Of a DNA stretch of 64,000 bases, positions 1-9,666 are shown piece by piece. The DNA is from Planctomycetota bacterium. GTDB taxonomy: Bacteria > Planctomycetota > GCA-002687715 > CAIWVZ01. Made by a program: the position numbers and the translations under genes. The DNA is taken from positions 192,001 through 256,000 of the forward strand of contig JBGANV010000007.1 in assembly GCA_044222185.1 (NCBI GenBank). The letters run 5' to 3'. Under the pieces are notes generated by a model that was not told the DNA's origin, did no database searches, and saw only the letters and a list, made by a program, of their open reading frames with translations. Every line of letters starts with the position of its first letter. Position 1 is the first letter of the stretch.

Positions 1-78
1 TCGTGGCGGTCTCACGAGAGTCGCGGGCTCATGAGACTGCCACGCGACTCCCCCGAAGTGGCGTCGTTCGAGGCGGCC

Positions 79-3000
79 TCAAGGCCGGATGATCGCCCGA
101 TAGAGATTCGTGGTGCTGCCGAGAGTCGGGTTCGATGCAGTGACCGTCAGCGTCTGGATTCCTGCTGCGAACCCGAGCAGCGCGGGGTTCTGTGGAATCG
201 TGATCGCGAGCGGTGTCCCAGTCGGCAGCACCGCGAGCGCGATGGGAGAGAGTCCGACGAGCGCCATGCCGAACGTCGAGATCGGAAACTCTCCGTCGAG
301 CGCACCGAGCACGTACACGGACGTGCCAGGAACACCGTTGATGACGTTGAACGTCAGCGTTGCGCCCGGGCGCGGCGCTCCCGTGACGGTCATGAACCAG
401 ATGGGACGCTCGAACGCGCCCATCTCCGGCGAAGCAGTCCCACCGAGAGTCGAGTCGATCATGCGCGACTGTTCGTCCCAGTCCTTTGCGACGACCGACG
501 CGACGGCGAAGTCCGCGGTGCCGATGCACGGCGACGTGGCGTCGAGGTGCAGATTGCCGAGCGATGCCGCGAGGAACTGCGGGTCCGAGTCGATGTTCCC
601 GTTGACGCCAGGATAGGCGCCATCGGAATGGAACACTCGATTGCCCGGAACGCTGTCGAGATTCGTGACGTTGCCCCAGACGATCGAGTTTCGAACGGAG
701 CCCGACCAACCGTTGCCCGCCAGGCCGACGTGGCACCCCGTGACGGTCGCGTGCGCGACGTCGAAGGTCCCGGCAGAGAGCCGGATGCCGTGGCTCGCGC
801 AGGCCCGCGCGACCCAGTTCACCCCGGCGCCGGCCAATGCCGTGGCGCCGATGCCTCCAGCGAACGAGCGCTCCACGCGGACCGCTCGGGCGGAGACCTG
901 TGGCGATTGGATCGAAAGCCCGTCCACGAGGCCGCCGCCGCAGTTTCGGACGATGACGTTCTCGATCGACGAAGCCGCCGCGCCGGCGTGGTAGACGATT
1001 CCGCTCCATTGACCGGCGATGCCGGTCGTCGGCCCACCACCTTCGGAGTCGCCCCCGAACGTGTCGTCGTCGTGCGACGTGAACACGACGGGCTCGTATC
1101 CCGTCCCGCGGATGTCGAGGGAGCCGTCGACGGTCACGCTCTGCGACCAGTCCCTGAACTTGATCACCGTGCCGGGGAGGATGTCGACGCTTCGCCCCGC
1201 CGGCACGACGAACGACGTGAAGAACGTGATCGCCATCCCGGCCTGGGGGCCGATGACGAGGTCCGTCGACGCCGTCCCCGCGACCACGCGAATCGTGTCT
1301 GAGTGATTCCCCGAGGCGTAGGTGTTTGCGATGCCTGGCAGGGCGTCGACGGGCACTTCGTCGACTGCGTATCCGCCGTTGTCGGTGATGTGGCACTCGA
1401 CGACCTGGGGCCGCGAGTTCGGGTTCGTGAACTTCAGTCCCGCGGAGTAGCCGTCGCGAAAGGTGCTCGCATACAACGTCGGGTTGCTTCCGTCGAAGGC
1501 GACGCACGGCTCGAGGCCGTAGCCGGTGAAACGCACCGTCGTCTCCGTGATCAGGCTCGCGGATGCGCCGGCTCCGAGGACGAGACCGCGCCAGTCGCCG
1601 GATTGCCCGACCGTGGGGCCATTGCCGTTCGTATCGCCGCCGACGGAGTCGTCCCGGTACGACGTGAAGCACACCGGGGCGGCACCAGTCCCCTGAGACA
1701 TCAGCGTCCCTGAGACCTGAACGCTCGAGGCGCTCCCGAGCTTGACGACCGTTCCCGCGTGGAGTGTGAGGGTCTTGCCGGTTGGAACCGTGAGCGTGCC
1801 GTTCACGAGGATCGCACCACTGATCCCGTTGGCGGGATCGAGCGTGAGGGCCGTCGCCGCGACGGTGCCGTTCGTGACGCGGACGGCGTTGAAGCCGCAA
1901 CCGGACGCAATGTTGCCGTTCAGCGACGCACAGGCATCGATGCTCGCGTTGTTGATCGCCGTGCCCCCGCAACCCACGATCTGGCACCCGGTGATCGTCG
2001 CGCCGCTCGTCGGAGACAGGCCGGTGGCGTTGAGGTTGATCCCGTCATAGGCGGCGCTGACGACTCGGCACCCATCGAGCGTGATGTTCGCCGCTTGGAG
2101 ATCGAGCGCCGCGAGGCCGGTTCCGCCCGCGAATCGGATCTCGAGTCCGTGGACGACGCTCGCCGCGGAAGTCGGCAGGAAGGTGACGCCGCTCCAACGA
2201 CCTTGCGCACCGGTCGACGGCCCGTTGTTGTTGGTGTCCCCAAAGGCCGAGTCGTCCTGGATGCTCGTGAGAATCGCAGGCGATCCGCTCGAGCCGTTGA
2301 CCAGCAGCGTCCCGAAGCACTGGAACGCGCTTCCCGGTTGGAACTTGATGCACGTTCCCGCAGCGAGCGTGAGCGCCACGCCCGCGGGAATGGCGAGGTT
2401 CGTCGCGGCGACGAGCGCGCCGTTGAGGCAGTTCGCCGGTGTGATCACCCTGCTGGCGGGCAGCGTGTTCGTCGTGATCCGGACGTAGTTGCCCGTGTTC
2501 CCCGTGGCCGTGTTGTTCGAGAGCCCGCTTACGGCACCGAGCGCCACGCCATGGATGGCCGTCCCACCGCAACTCGTGATCGTGCACCCCGTGATGGTCG
2601 GGAAGCTCGTCCCCGAGAGGTCGATGCCGTTGCTGTACGAGGATTCGACGCGGCAGGAGGAGAGTGTGGGATTGCAGCCGGAGAGCGAGATCCCCGCCGT
2701 GAGCGAACCTCCCGAGTATCGGACGACGAGCCCGGTGAGACTGCTCGCCGACGCGTTGGTGCTCAGGTTGACGCCCACCCATTGACCCGGTGTCCCGCTC
2801 GACGGGCCGTTGTTGTTCGTGTCTCCGGCGACGGCGTCGTCGGTGAGCGACGTGAATACGACCGGGGCTGCGGTCGTTCCGTTGGTGACGAGTGCGCCAT
2901 CGACGTTGACGGCAGAGCTGGGTGCCATCTTCAGGATCGTGCCGGCTTGCAACGTGAGGGAACGGGCCGCGGGGACCGTCATGGTGCCAGCGACGACGAG

Positions 3001-3762
3001 CGCGCCGCCCATGCAGTTCGCCGGTGCGATGATGCGGTTCGCCGCGAGGGTCCCGCTCACGACCTGGATCGCGTTGAATCCGTTGCCCGTCGCCGTGTTG
3101 CCGCTGAACGTCGGGATCTGGTCGAGTGCCGCGCCCGTCACGGCCCAGTTCCCGTTGTTGGTGAACGCGCTGTTCGCGACCGTGACGGCGGAGCCGCCGC
3201 CATTCAGATGAAGTCCGACGTGGAGCGCATTCGCGATCGACACGTTCGAGAGCGTGACGGTCGCGCCATTGACGCTGAAGGCCGGGGCGAACCCGCCGCC
3301 GGCGAATCGGACGGAGGCCTGGGTCATCGAGACGGTCGCGGAGACGGCGGCGTTGATTCCGGCCCATTGCCCCGGCGCGCCGTTCGACGGGCCGTTGTTG
3401 TTCGTGTCACCGCCGACCGAATCGTCGCTCGACGACGTGAATCGGACCGGAGCTGCCCCGGTGCCCGTGACGTTCAGCGTTCCGCCAACCGTCAGCCCAG
3501 CGCCTGCGCTGAATTTGATCGCGGCGCCTGCCGGGATCGTGAGCGTCTGCCCCGCGGGCACGATCACGGACCCCGTCGCGACGTAGACGGTGTTCGCGAG
3601 AAGCGGGCCGCCGCTCCCGTCGAAGATGTTCCCAGAGATCGGCGTGAAGGCCTGCGCGTGAGCTCGCGTCGCGAGCAGCGTCATCGCACTCGCGATGAAT
3701 GCGAGCGAGACGATGGCGGACCGGTAGCGGACGACATCGGACGTCGAGTGTTGGGTCGACAA
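79..3762 (-). CDS. Large secreted right-handed parallel beta-helix repeat protein with a C-terminal beta-sandwich-like domain
   Basis: Signal peptide ending ATRAHA-Q. Five ~200 aa repeats, each containing a motif like PVxFTSxxDDxxGGDTNNNGPxxGxxGQWxG. Gly/Asn/Thr-rich beta-helix pattern. TTG start at 3762 is preceded by GAGGG; the ORF track extends to 3837. Confidence 0.85.
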   Translation of the reverse strand: MSTQHSTSDVVRYRSAIVSLAFIASAMTLLATRAHAQAFTPISGNIFDGSGGPLLANTVYVATGSVIVPAGQTLTIPAGAAIKFSAGAGLTVGGTLNVTGTGAAPVRFTSSSDDSVGGDTNNNGPSNGAPGQWAGINAAVSATVSMTQASVRFAGGGFAPAFSVNGATVTLSNVSIANALHVGLHLNGGGSAVTVANSAFTNNGNWAVTGAALDQIPTFSGNTATGNGFNAIQVVSGTLAANRIIAPANCMGGALVVAGTMTVPAARSLTLQAGTILKMAPSSAVNVDGALVTNGTTAAPVVFTSLTDDAVAGDTNNNGPSSGTPGQWVGVNLSTNASASSLTGLVVRYSGGSLTAGISLSGCNPTLSSCRVESSYSNGIDLSGTSFPTITGCTITSCGGTAIHGVALGAVSGLSNNTATGNTGNYVRITTNTLPASRVITPANCLNGALVAATNLAIPAGVALTLAAGTCIKFQPGSAFQCFGTLLVNGSSGSPAILTSIQDDSAFGDTNNNGPSTGAQGRWSGVTFLPTSAASVVHGLEIRFAGGTGLAALDLQAANITLDGCRVVSAAYDGINLNATGLSPTSGATITGCQIVGCGGTAINNASIDACASLNGNIASGCGFNAVRVTNGTVAATALTLDPANGISGAILVNGTLTVPTGKTLTLHAGTVVKLGSASSVQVSGTLMSQGTGAAPVCFTSYRDDSVGGDTNGNGPTVGQSGDWRGLVLGAGASASLITETTVRFTGYGLEPCVAFDGSNPTLYASTFRDGYSAGLKFTNPNSRPQVVECHITDNGGYAVDEVPVDALPGIANTYASGNHSDTIRVVAGTASTDLVIGPQAGMAITFFTSFVVPAGRSVDILPGTVIKFRDWSQSVTVDGSLDIRGTGYEPVVFTSHDDDTFGGDSEGGGPTTGIAGQWSGIVYHAGAAASSIENVIVRNCGGGLVDGLSIQSPQVSARAVRVERSFAGGIGATALAGAGVNWVARACASHGIRLSAGTFDVAHATVTGCHVGLAGNGWSGSVRNSIVWGNVTNLDSVPGNRVFHSDGAYPGVNGNIDSDPQFLAASLGNLHLDATSPCIGTADFAVASVVAKDWDEQSRMIDSTLGGTASPEMGAFERPIWFMTVTGAPRPGATLTFNVINGVPGTSVYVLGALDGEFPISTFGMALVGLSPIALAVLPTGTPLAITIPQNPALLGFAAGIQTLTVTASNPTLGSTTNLYRAIIRP

Positions 3763-3943
3763 GGTGTTTCCCTCGGTGAAAGTGGGGCGAGCGTCCATAT
3801 CGGGGTGGAAGCGTCGCCCGCCGAGGGGAAGTGACACGGGTCATCCGCCAGCACGCGGATTCTGCGCGACTACACCAAGTCTCGGTTGCGGCGAGAGTTG
3901 CAGCAGCGCGCCGAGCCAGGCCAAGCCCGCGCGAACCCCCACA

Positions 3944-5047
3944 TCACATCTTCAGGTGCGCCCGCCACCGCGCCAGGTCGCTGCCGAAGTCCTGGTGGGT
4001 GATCCGGCGCAGCGCGCCCCAGTACACGTGGCGCTCGATGTTGATCGCGACGACGGCGACGTCGAGGATCGTGCCGTCTTGAACGACGTCCACGATCGGA
4101 TCGGCGATCACGGCGCCCTGGGCGACCTGGACGTCGAAGTCCTTCACGTACGCGGTCTGGGTGGTCACGGCGATGTTGTTGCGCGGCGCCACGGGCGGAT
4201 CGCCGGCGAGTGCTCGCAGGAGCGGCGCAGCGCCTTCGGGCATCTCGAGCTCGCCGAGTGCCTCAGCTGCCGTCATGCGGAGCGCCTGCTGGCCGTTGGC
4301 GAGGTTGATGGCATAGAGCCGGGCGAACACCGGGTCGTTCGTGACCTTCAACGCCCGAACACATTCGCGGCGCACGACCGCGCTCTGATCGAGGAGCCCG
4401 CGGCGGAACAGCGGCTTGATGCGCTCGGGCTCGTCGCGGCGGATCGACAGCACGCGCGCGGCGCACCAGCGCGCCGACGACTTCTCGCTCTTCAACGCCT
4501 TGAGCGCCGGGTGGAGGATCTCGCCCGTGAGCAGCGGCCTGGCTTTCTCCTCGACCATGACGGCGCCGACCCAATCCGCCGCGCCACGCTCGAACCAGTC
4601 CTTCACTGCCCGATTGACGTTGGGCGACGATCCCAGCTCGGCCGGAGTCACGGCGAACTGGTGTGCCAGGGCTCTGGCCAGCGTCAGTGCATCGGCGTTG
4701 TCAGGGTCGATCTCGAGCACCCGGTTGAGGTGGCGGCGCGCCGCGCTCCACACTCCGCGACCGGCCGCGAGCCGGGCAACGGCCAGGTGTCCCGCCGCAT
4801 TGTCCTTGTGCAGGCCGTCCTCGGCCTCACCGATGAGCTCGAGCTCGGCGCGAAGGTTGCCCGGCTCGACGAAGGTTGCGGTCGGGATGGCCATGCTTCC
4901 CATGGCCGTCGTCAGCCGCTTCTGACCTTCGCTGACCTCGATCGAGCCTTCGTGAGATTGACCGGATCCCAGGCGCAGGTACGCCTGGGCGCCCGCGGCC
5001 GACGACAACGTGACGATCGAGACGGTGAGGAGGATGGACGCGCGCAT
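3944..5047 (-). CDS. Exported TPR/HEAT-repeat protein
   Basis: Signal peptide, a TPR-like segment (VLEIDPDNADA) and HEAT-like repeats (VVRRECVRALK, LRMTAAEALGEL). Confidence 0.75.
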   Translation of the reverse strand: MRASILLTVSIVTLSSAAGAQAYLRLGSGQSHEGSIEVSEGQKRLTTAMGSMAIPTATFVEPGNLRAELELIGEAEDGLHKDNAAGHLAVARLAAGRGVWSAARRHLNRVLEIDPDNADALTLARALAHQFAVTPAELGSSPNVNRAVKDWFERGAADWVGAVMVEEKARPLLTGEILHPALKALKSEKSSARWCAARVLSIRRDEPERIKPLFRRGLLDQSAVVRRECVRALKVTNDPVFARLYAINLANGQQALRMTAAEALGELEMPEGAAPLLRALAGDPPVAPRNNIAVTTQTAYVKDFDVQVAQGAVIADPIVDVVQDGTILDVAVVAINIERHVYWGALRRITHQDFGSDLARWRAHLKM

Positions 5048-5172
5048 CGAGGTCTCCGGGGGGGCGACGGGGGTGGTCAGTTCCCCATCGCGTCTGAGGT
5101 AGTGGAGTTCGGATGGTCGGAGAAGCTATCACAGGCCCTGCCACGGAGTCTGCAGTCTCCGGCACACCTGAG

Positions 5173-6060
5173 ATGGGCTCGACAGACAATGACGGCCACG
5201 ACGCGCGCGAGGTAACACCACCGAATTCCGGCGGAGTTCGGCGGCGGGGCGCAGGGCAGCGCGCCGCGCCGGGCCGCTCAGCCGGGAAACCCGACGCCTT
5301 GACGCGGATTCGTGTCGTTCTGGTCCAACCTACGGGTCCCCGCAACGTCGGCTCGACGGCGCGGGCCATGAAGAACTTCGGCCTGAACCGCCTCGTCCTC
5401 GTCGACCCGCCGCCCCTCGACCATCCCGAGTGCCTCGAGATGGGGGTGAACGCGCACGACGTTCTGCGGGATGCCAAGATCGTCGATTCCGTCGAGGAGG
5501 CGGTGCGCGACGTGAGCCTCGTCGTCGGCACCACGGCGCGGCGGCGCCACCGCCTCGCGACGCTCACCCCCGCCGAGATCGCTCCGCGCATCCTCGAGGT
5601 CGCCGAGCGCGAGGAGGTCGCGATCCTCTTCGGCACCGAGCGAACCGGTCTCACCGAGGCGCAGATGGCGGCGTGCCAGGTCGTGATCTCGGCGCGCACG
5701 CACGACGAGCACGTGGCGCTGAACTTGGGACAGGCCGTGCTCCTCGTCGCGCACCACCTCTTCGAGGCGTCCGGGGCGAGCGGCGCCACGGCTGCAGGCG
5801 ACACGGGTCGCCTCCTCACGACGCATACGCGCCACATCCTCGAGGACGAACTCTTTCTCGCGCTGGAGAAGACCGGCGTCGTGAAGGACGAGACGCGCGT
5901 CACGTATCGCGCGAGCCTGCGGCGCATCCTCGCCGCGGGGCCGATCCAGACACGCGACGCCCGAGTGTTGTTCGCGCTGGCGCGCCACGCACAGAAGCTC
6001 GCCGATCCCAAGAACCCCGGCCGCCGGCCTCCACGATCACCGCGTCCGAGGGACACCTGA
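5173..6060 (+). CDS. trmJ: tRNA/rRNA methyltransferase, SpoU TrmJ/LasT family
   Basis: IRVVLVQPTGPRNVGSTARAMKNFG, VGTTAR, ILFGTERTGL and ALNLGQAV motifs. Start is uncertain (5113, 5173 or 5299). Confidence 0.85.
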   Translation: MGSTDNDGHDAREVTPPNSGGVRRRGAGQRAAPGRSAGKPDALTRIRVVLVQPTGPRNVGSTARAMKNFGLNRLVLVDPPPLDHPECLEMGVNAHDVLRDAKIVDSVEEAVRDVSLVVGTTARRRHRLATLTPAEIAPRILEVAEREEVAILFGTERTGLTEAQMAACQVVISARTHDEHVALNLGQAVLLVAHHLFEASGASGATAAGDTGRLLTTHTRHILEDELFLALEKTGVVKDETRVTYRASLRRILAAGPIQTRDARVLFALARHAQKLADPKNPGRRPPRSPRPRDT

Positions 6061-6129
6061 CGGCCTGCGCCACGCCGAAACGTCGGGCGTCCCGCGACGC
6101 ACGCAATAGAATTCCGCGCGAGAACCAAC

Positions 6130-7233
6130 ATGAGCGAACGCCGCATCCCGACGTACGGCACGTACCTTCAGCTGCAGAAACTCCTCTCGGCGCAGCGTCC
6201 GCCAGACTACGCCAGGCTCGCCCCGGGCGACCCGGCCGACACGGCGACACGTGACCTGCTCCACCACGACGAGCACCTGTTCATCGTCGTCCACCAGGTC
6301 TTCGAGCTGTGGTTCAACCTGATCCTCCACGAGCTCGACTTCGCGCGTGACCTTCTGGGACGTACGCAGGTCGCGAGCCGCACGGAGACCGTCGCGGAGC
6401 GCGACATCCCCAACATCGTCGCGACCGTCGAACGTGTGAACGAGATCCTCCGCATCGGAGCCACGAACTTCCGGGTGATCGAGACCATGCACCCGATCAA
6501 CTTCCTCCACTTCCGCGATGCCATCAGCCCGGCCAGCGGATTCCAGTCGTTCCAGTTCCGTGAACTGGAGATCCTCGCAGGGTTGCCCGAGGCCCACCGG
6601 GAGCGAGCAGGCGGCGGGTCGTACTCGCTCTACCTCAACGCGGAGGATCGCGCTCGTCTCGAGCGCCGCCTGAAGGAGATGACGCTGAAGGACGCCCTCC
6701 TCGATTGGCTGCGGCGCACCCCGATCGAAAAGGCCTATCCGAACTTCGCACCGGACTTCATCGCCGCGTTCGATCGCTATGCGGACGAGCAGATCGCCGT
6801 CCAGGAGGGCAATCCGCACCTGACCCCCGGCGAGCACGCGCTCGCGACCCGTCGCTCGGAAGAGCTCAAGAAATCCGTTCGCGAGTACTTCAACGGCCAC
6901 GACGACGGGCTGAACAGTGCCCATCGTGCCTTCGTGTTCATCGCAACCTACCGCGACGAGCCGCTGCTGCGCTGGCCGAGCGTGTTGCTCGACCGCCTCG
7001 TCGAGTTCGAGCAGAGCTTCCGCGAATTTCGCTTCCGCCACGCGCGGATGGTCGAGCGCATGATCGGCCTCCGCGTGGGCACCGGCGGATCCCCCGGCCT
7101 CTCGTATCTCGAACAGACGGCCAACTATCGGATCTTCGGTCAGCTTCTCGAGGCGCGAAACTTCCTCATCGCGCGCCGCTACCTGAAGGATGTGCCTCGC
7201 CCGGAGGTCCTGCGCTTCCGCTTCGGCGAGTGA
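6130..7233 (+). CDS. kynA: Tryptophan 2,3-dioxygenase
   Basis: YGTYLQLQKLLSAQ, HDEHLFIVVHQVFELWF, PASGFQSFQFRELE and RHARMVERMIGLRVGTGGSPG motifs. Confidence 0.95.
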   Translation: MSERRIPTYGTYLQLQKLLSAQRPPDYARLAPGDPADTATRDLLHHDEHLFIVVHQVFELWFNLILHELDFARDLLGRTQVASRTETVAERDIPNIVATVERVNEILRIGATNFRVIETMHPINFLHFRDAISPASGFQSFQFRELEILAGLPEAHRERAGGGSYSLYLNAEDRARLERRLKEMTLKDALLDWLRRTPIEKAYPNFAPDFIAAFDRYADEQIAVQEGNPHLTPGEHALATRRSEELKKSVREYFNGHDDGLNSAHRAFVFIATYRDEPLLRWPSVLLDRLVEFEQSFREFRFRHARMVERMIGLRVGTGGSPGLSYLEQTANYRIFGQLLEARNFLIARRYLKDVPRPEVLRFRFGE

Positions 7234-7411
7234 GGCGGGACGCGACGCTCGACCGTCGCACGATCGCACGCTGCGTCGAGCGCGTTCGCGCGATGACCAT
7301 GCGCGTTCGTGCGATGTTGCAACGTCGCGACCTCCTTCTCGCAGCCGGCTGAAAGATCGATAGTCGACCCACGTTCGACGAGAGCACCTGCTGCAACCGG
7401 AGGAGGCATTC

Positions 7412-8917
7412 ATGACCTCGCGCATTCGCATCGTGTTCGTCGTCGTTCTCAGCGTCGTGGTGTTCGTGTCCTGCGGAGGTGGGGGAGGCGGGTCGTCCGG
7501 AAATGCGGGCACGATCGGTTTCGGAAGCGCGTCGTTCGCCGCGCGTGAAAACGGGGACGTGGTGACGCCGATCACGCTTCGACGAACCGGCGGTTCCAAG
7601 GGGCGCGTCTCGGTGGTCGTCACGTCCCACGACGGTTCCGCGTCGAGTGACCCAAGCTCGCTCGTGGAGCCCGTCGACTACGCGGCGGTGACGACGATCG
7701 TGACGTTCGAGGATGGCGACTCGGCGGACAAAGTCGTCGAGTTCCCGGCGATCGTCCATGACGGGCTCCCCGAACAGGACGAAGGCTTCGAAGTCCAGCT
7801 CTCGGACGCCACGGGGGGTGCAGCGATCGATGGTGCGAGAGCCACGGCGGCGGTTGCGCTGCTCGATGACGACGACGTGTTGTGCCTCACGGCACAGACA
7901 CCGGCTGGGGGCGAGCTCTTCGGCAGGGTCGTCGTCAGGGCCGGGCAACGCCTCGCTGTGACGGCGCCGGCGCGCGGATCGGGAACGGGCGCTGTCGACG
8001 TCTTCGACCTGACCAGCGGAGCCCGCGTCGCCGAGTTGACCAATCCCACCCCGGTCGCCCCCGGGCCATGGCCGTTCGGCGCGGCGTTGGCCGCCGATGG
8101 GAACAGCCTCGCCGTCTCCTCCGTCGGCGCGGTGCACCTCTTCGACGTCACGAACATCGCCCTCGTTGCCACGCTGCCCGGTGCCCCCGCGACAGGGCGT
8201 GCGATCGGGTTGCTCGCGGACGGCGTCGTTTCGCCGGACTTGAGCCCGACGGTCCTGAAGCTCATCGATCGCGCGACTGGGGCCGTCAGTCAGTCCCTTC
8301 CGGTCGTCGGGAACGTGATCTCGGCGCTGACCTGCAGCCTCGCGACGAACGGTTCCACCATGCTGCTCGGGTTGCCGCATGGCGGCGCCCAGGTGACTTC
8401 GCCTGGACTCGTTCGAGTCCTTGCTGCGACGCCCATCGCCGTGACGATGCAGATCGATGACCCGGCGCAGCAGCCCGGAAGCCGTTTCGGCTGGACCGTC
8501 GCCTACTACGGCGAATTCCTCGTCGTCGGCGCGAACGGTGACTCGGGGGTCGCGCCGCAGGCGGGAGCCATCCACGTGTTCGATGCCACGACGGGAGCCC
8601 TCGTCCGCACGGTGACATCGCCGGCGCCGGTGACGGACGGGAAGTTCGGGAACGCCCTCGCGACCGTGGGCCCCTACCTGGCCGTTCAGGAGGCGGGCGG
8701 TGGCCCGTCGGCTACGGGCCGCGTCTACGTCTTCGACGGGTCGTTCGACGTCGTGAAGACGATCGACGATCCGGCTCCGGCTTCGACGGTTGCATCGCCG
8801 GGCTCGTTCGGGAAGGCCCTGGCAGAGTTGGACGGCACGCTGTGCATCGGCGCCATGGCGACCACGGTCGATGGCCACGCCGACGCTGGCGCCGTCTACC
8901 TGGTCCGCCCCAACTGA
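7412..8917 (+). CDS. Lipoprotein with a Calx-beta domain and an FG-GAP (integrin-alpha-like) beta-propeller
   Basis: Lipobox FVS-C followed by a Gly linker. Calx-beta-like segment (DYAAVTTIVTFEDGD...EGFEVQLS). Repeated FGxxxA...VVGA...AGAVY motifs. Confidence 0.8.
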   Translation: MTSRIRIVFVVVLSVVVFVSCGGGGGGSSGNAGTIGFGSASFAARENGDVVTPITLRRTGGSKGRVSVVVTSHDGSASSDPSSLVEPVDYAAVTTIVTFEDGDSADKVVEFPAIVHDGLPEQDEGFEVQLSDATGGAAIDGARATAAVALLDDDDVLCLTAQTPAGGELFGRVVVRAGQRLAVTAPARGSGTGAVDVFDLTSGARVAELTNPTPVAPGPWPFGAALAADGNSLAVSSVGAVHLFDVTNIALVATLPGAPATGRAIGLLADGVVSPDLSPTVLKLIDRATGAVSQSLPVVGNVISALTCSLATNGSTMLLGLPHGGAQVTSPGLVRVLAATPIAVTMQIDDPAQQPGSRFGWTVAYYGEFLVVGANGDSGVAPQAGAIHVFDATTGALVRTVTSPAPVTDGKFGNALATVGPYLAVQEAGGGPSATGRVYVFDGSFDVVKTIDDPAPASTVASPGSFGKALAELDGTLCIGAMATTVDGHADAGAVYLVRPN

Positions 8918-8953
8918 CGTCGGCGCGGTGACCCGGCGCGGGAAGCGTGCTCG

Positions 8954-9559
8954 TCACCCGCGCGGGATCAGCACCGTTGCGGGCACTTCGATGTACTTCA
9001 CGAGGATGGCGACCTTCGCGTGTTCGCCCTCGACGACGGCGGTGAAGACGATGCGCCACACCTGCTTCGATTTGTCGAGCACGCGGGCGACGTACTTGTC
9101 GACGGGGTGCCAGGGGCCATCCGGCGTGTCCCCGTGCTGCATCTGCTCGATCTCGATGATCTTCGGGTAGCCCTGATCCGCGAGGGCCTTCTGGATCGCC
9201 GGGCTCGGGTGGATCGGGATCGACGTGCACCCGACGCGTTGGTTGTTGGCGTCGTAGTACTCGGTGAACGGGCGGAAGCCGGATCGCGAGTACGTGATGC
9301 GCCACGAGCCGGGCCCGCAGCCGGGCGCGCTCTCGCAAGTGAAGTTCCAGCCCGGGTGCTTGTCCCGCGCGATCTCCGCCAGCTTCTCCGGGCAGTCGCT
9401 CACGGGATCGACGATGCCGCTGATTCGTCCCATGGAGTCGGCCCAGATCTCGGTCCGCATGGCCTCGCGGTCACCGGAGCCATGTCCGCCCTGGTGGGAC
9501 CCATCGGCGCAGCACCCACCAAGCACCAGGAGCCCGATGACGCAACAGATTGTCTTCAC
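8954..9559 (-). CDS. Hypothetical lipoprotein
   Basis: GGAGG RBS upstream of a GTG at 9559, lipobox LGG-C, and coding-like composition. No family recognised. Confidence 0.65.
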   Translation of the reverse strand: MKTICCVIGLLVLGGCCADGSHQGGHGSGDREAMRTEIWADSMGRISGIVDPVSDCPEKLAEIARDKHPGWNFTCESAPGCGPGSWRITYSRSGFRPFTEYYDANNQRVGCTSIPIHPSPAIQKALADQGYPKIIEIEQMQHGDTPDGPWHPVDKYVARVLDKSKQVWRIVFTAVVEGEHAKVAILVKYIEVPATVLIPRG

Positions 9560-9666
9560 GACGAGTCCTCCGAGCGGGATTCCACGTTCGAACCACTCCA
9601 TTCCCGGCCCGCATGATCGCGGTCAGGGAGATCGCCTTCAACGCCTCTCGTGCCGTCCGGACCGAG

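Noticed and set aside
29-3834. Long alternative-frame and antisense ORFs (e.g. 29-1987, 1759-3834, 31621-33423, 34721-37189, 39132-42464)
   Set aside because: They are Arg/Pro/Gly-rich shadow ORFs expected in high-GC DNA, and each overlaps a gene with clear family motifs or better coding character.
7234-7335. Several short inverted repeats after kynA
   Set aside because: The 8-9 bp GC-rich stems have no U-tract and cannot be distinguished from chance or a weak terminator.
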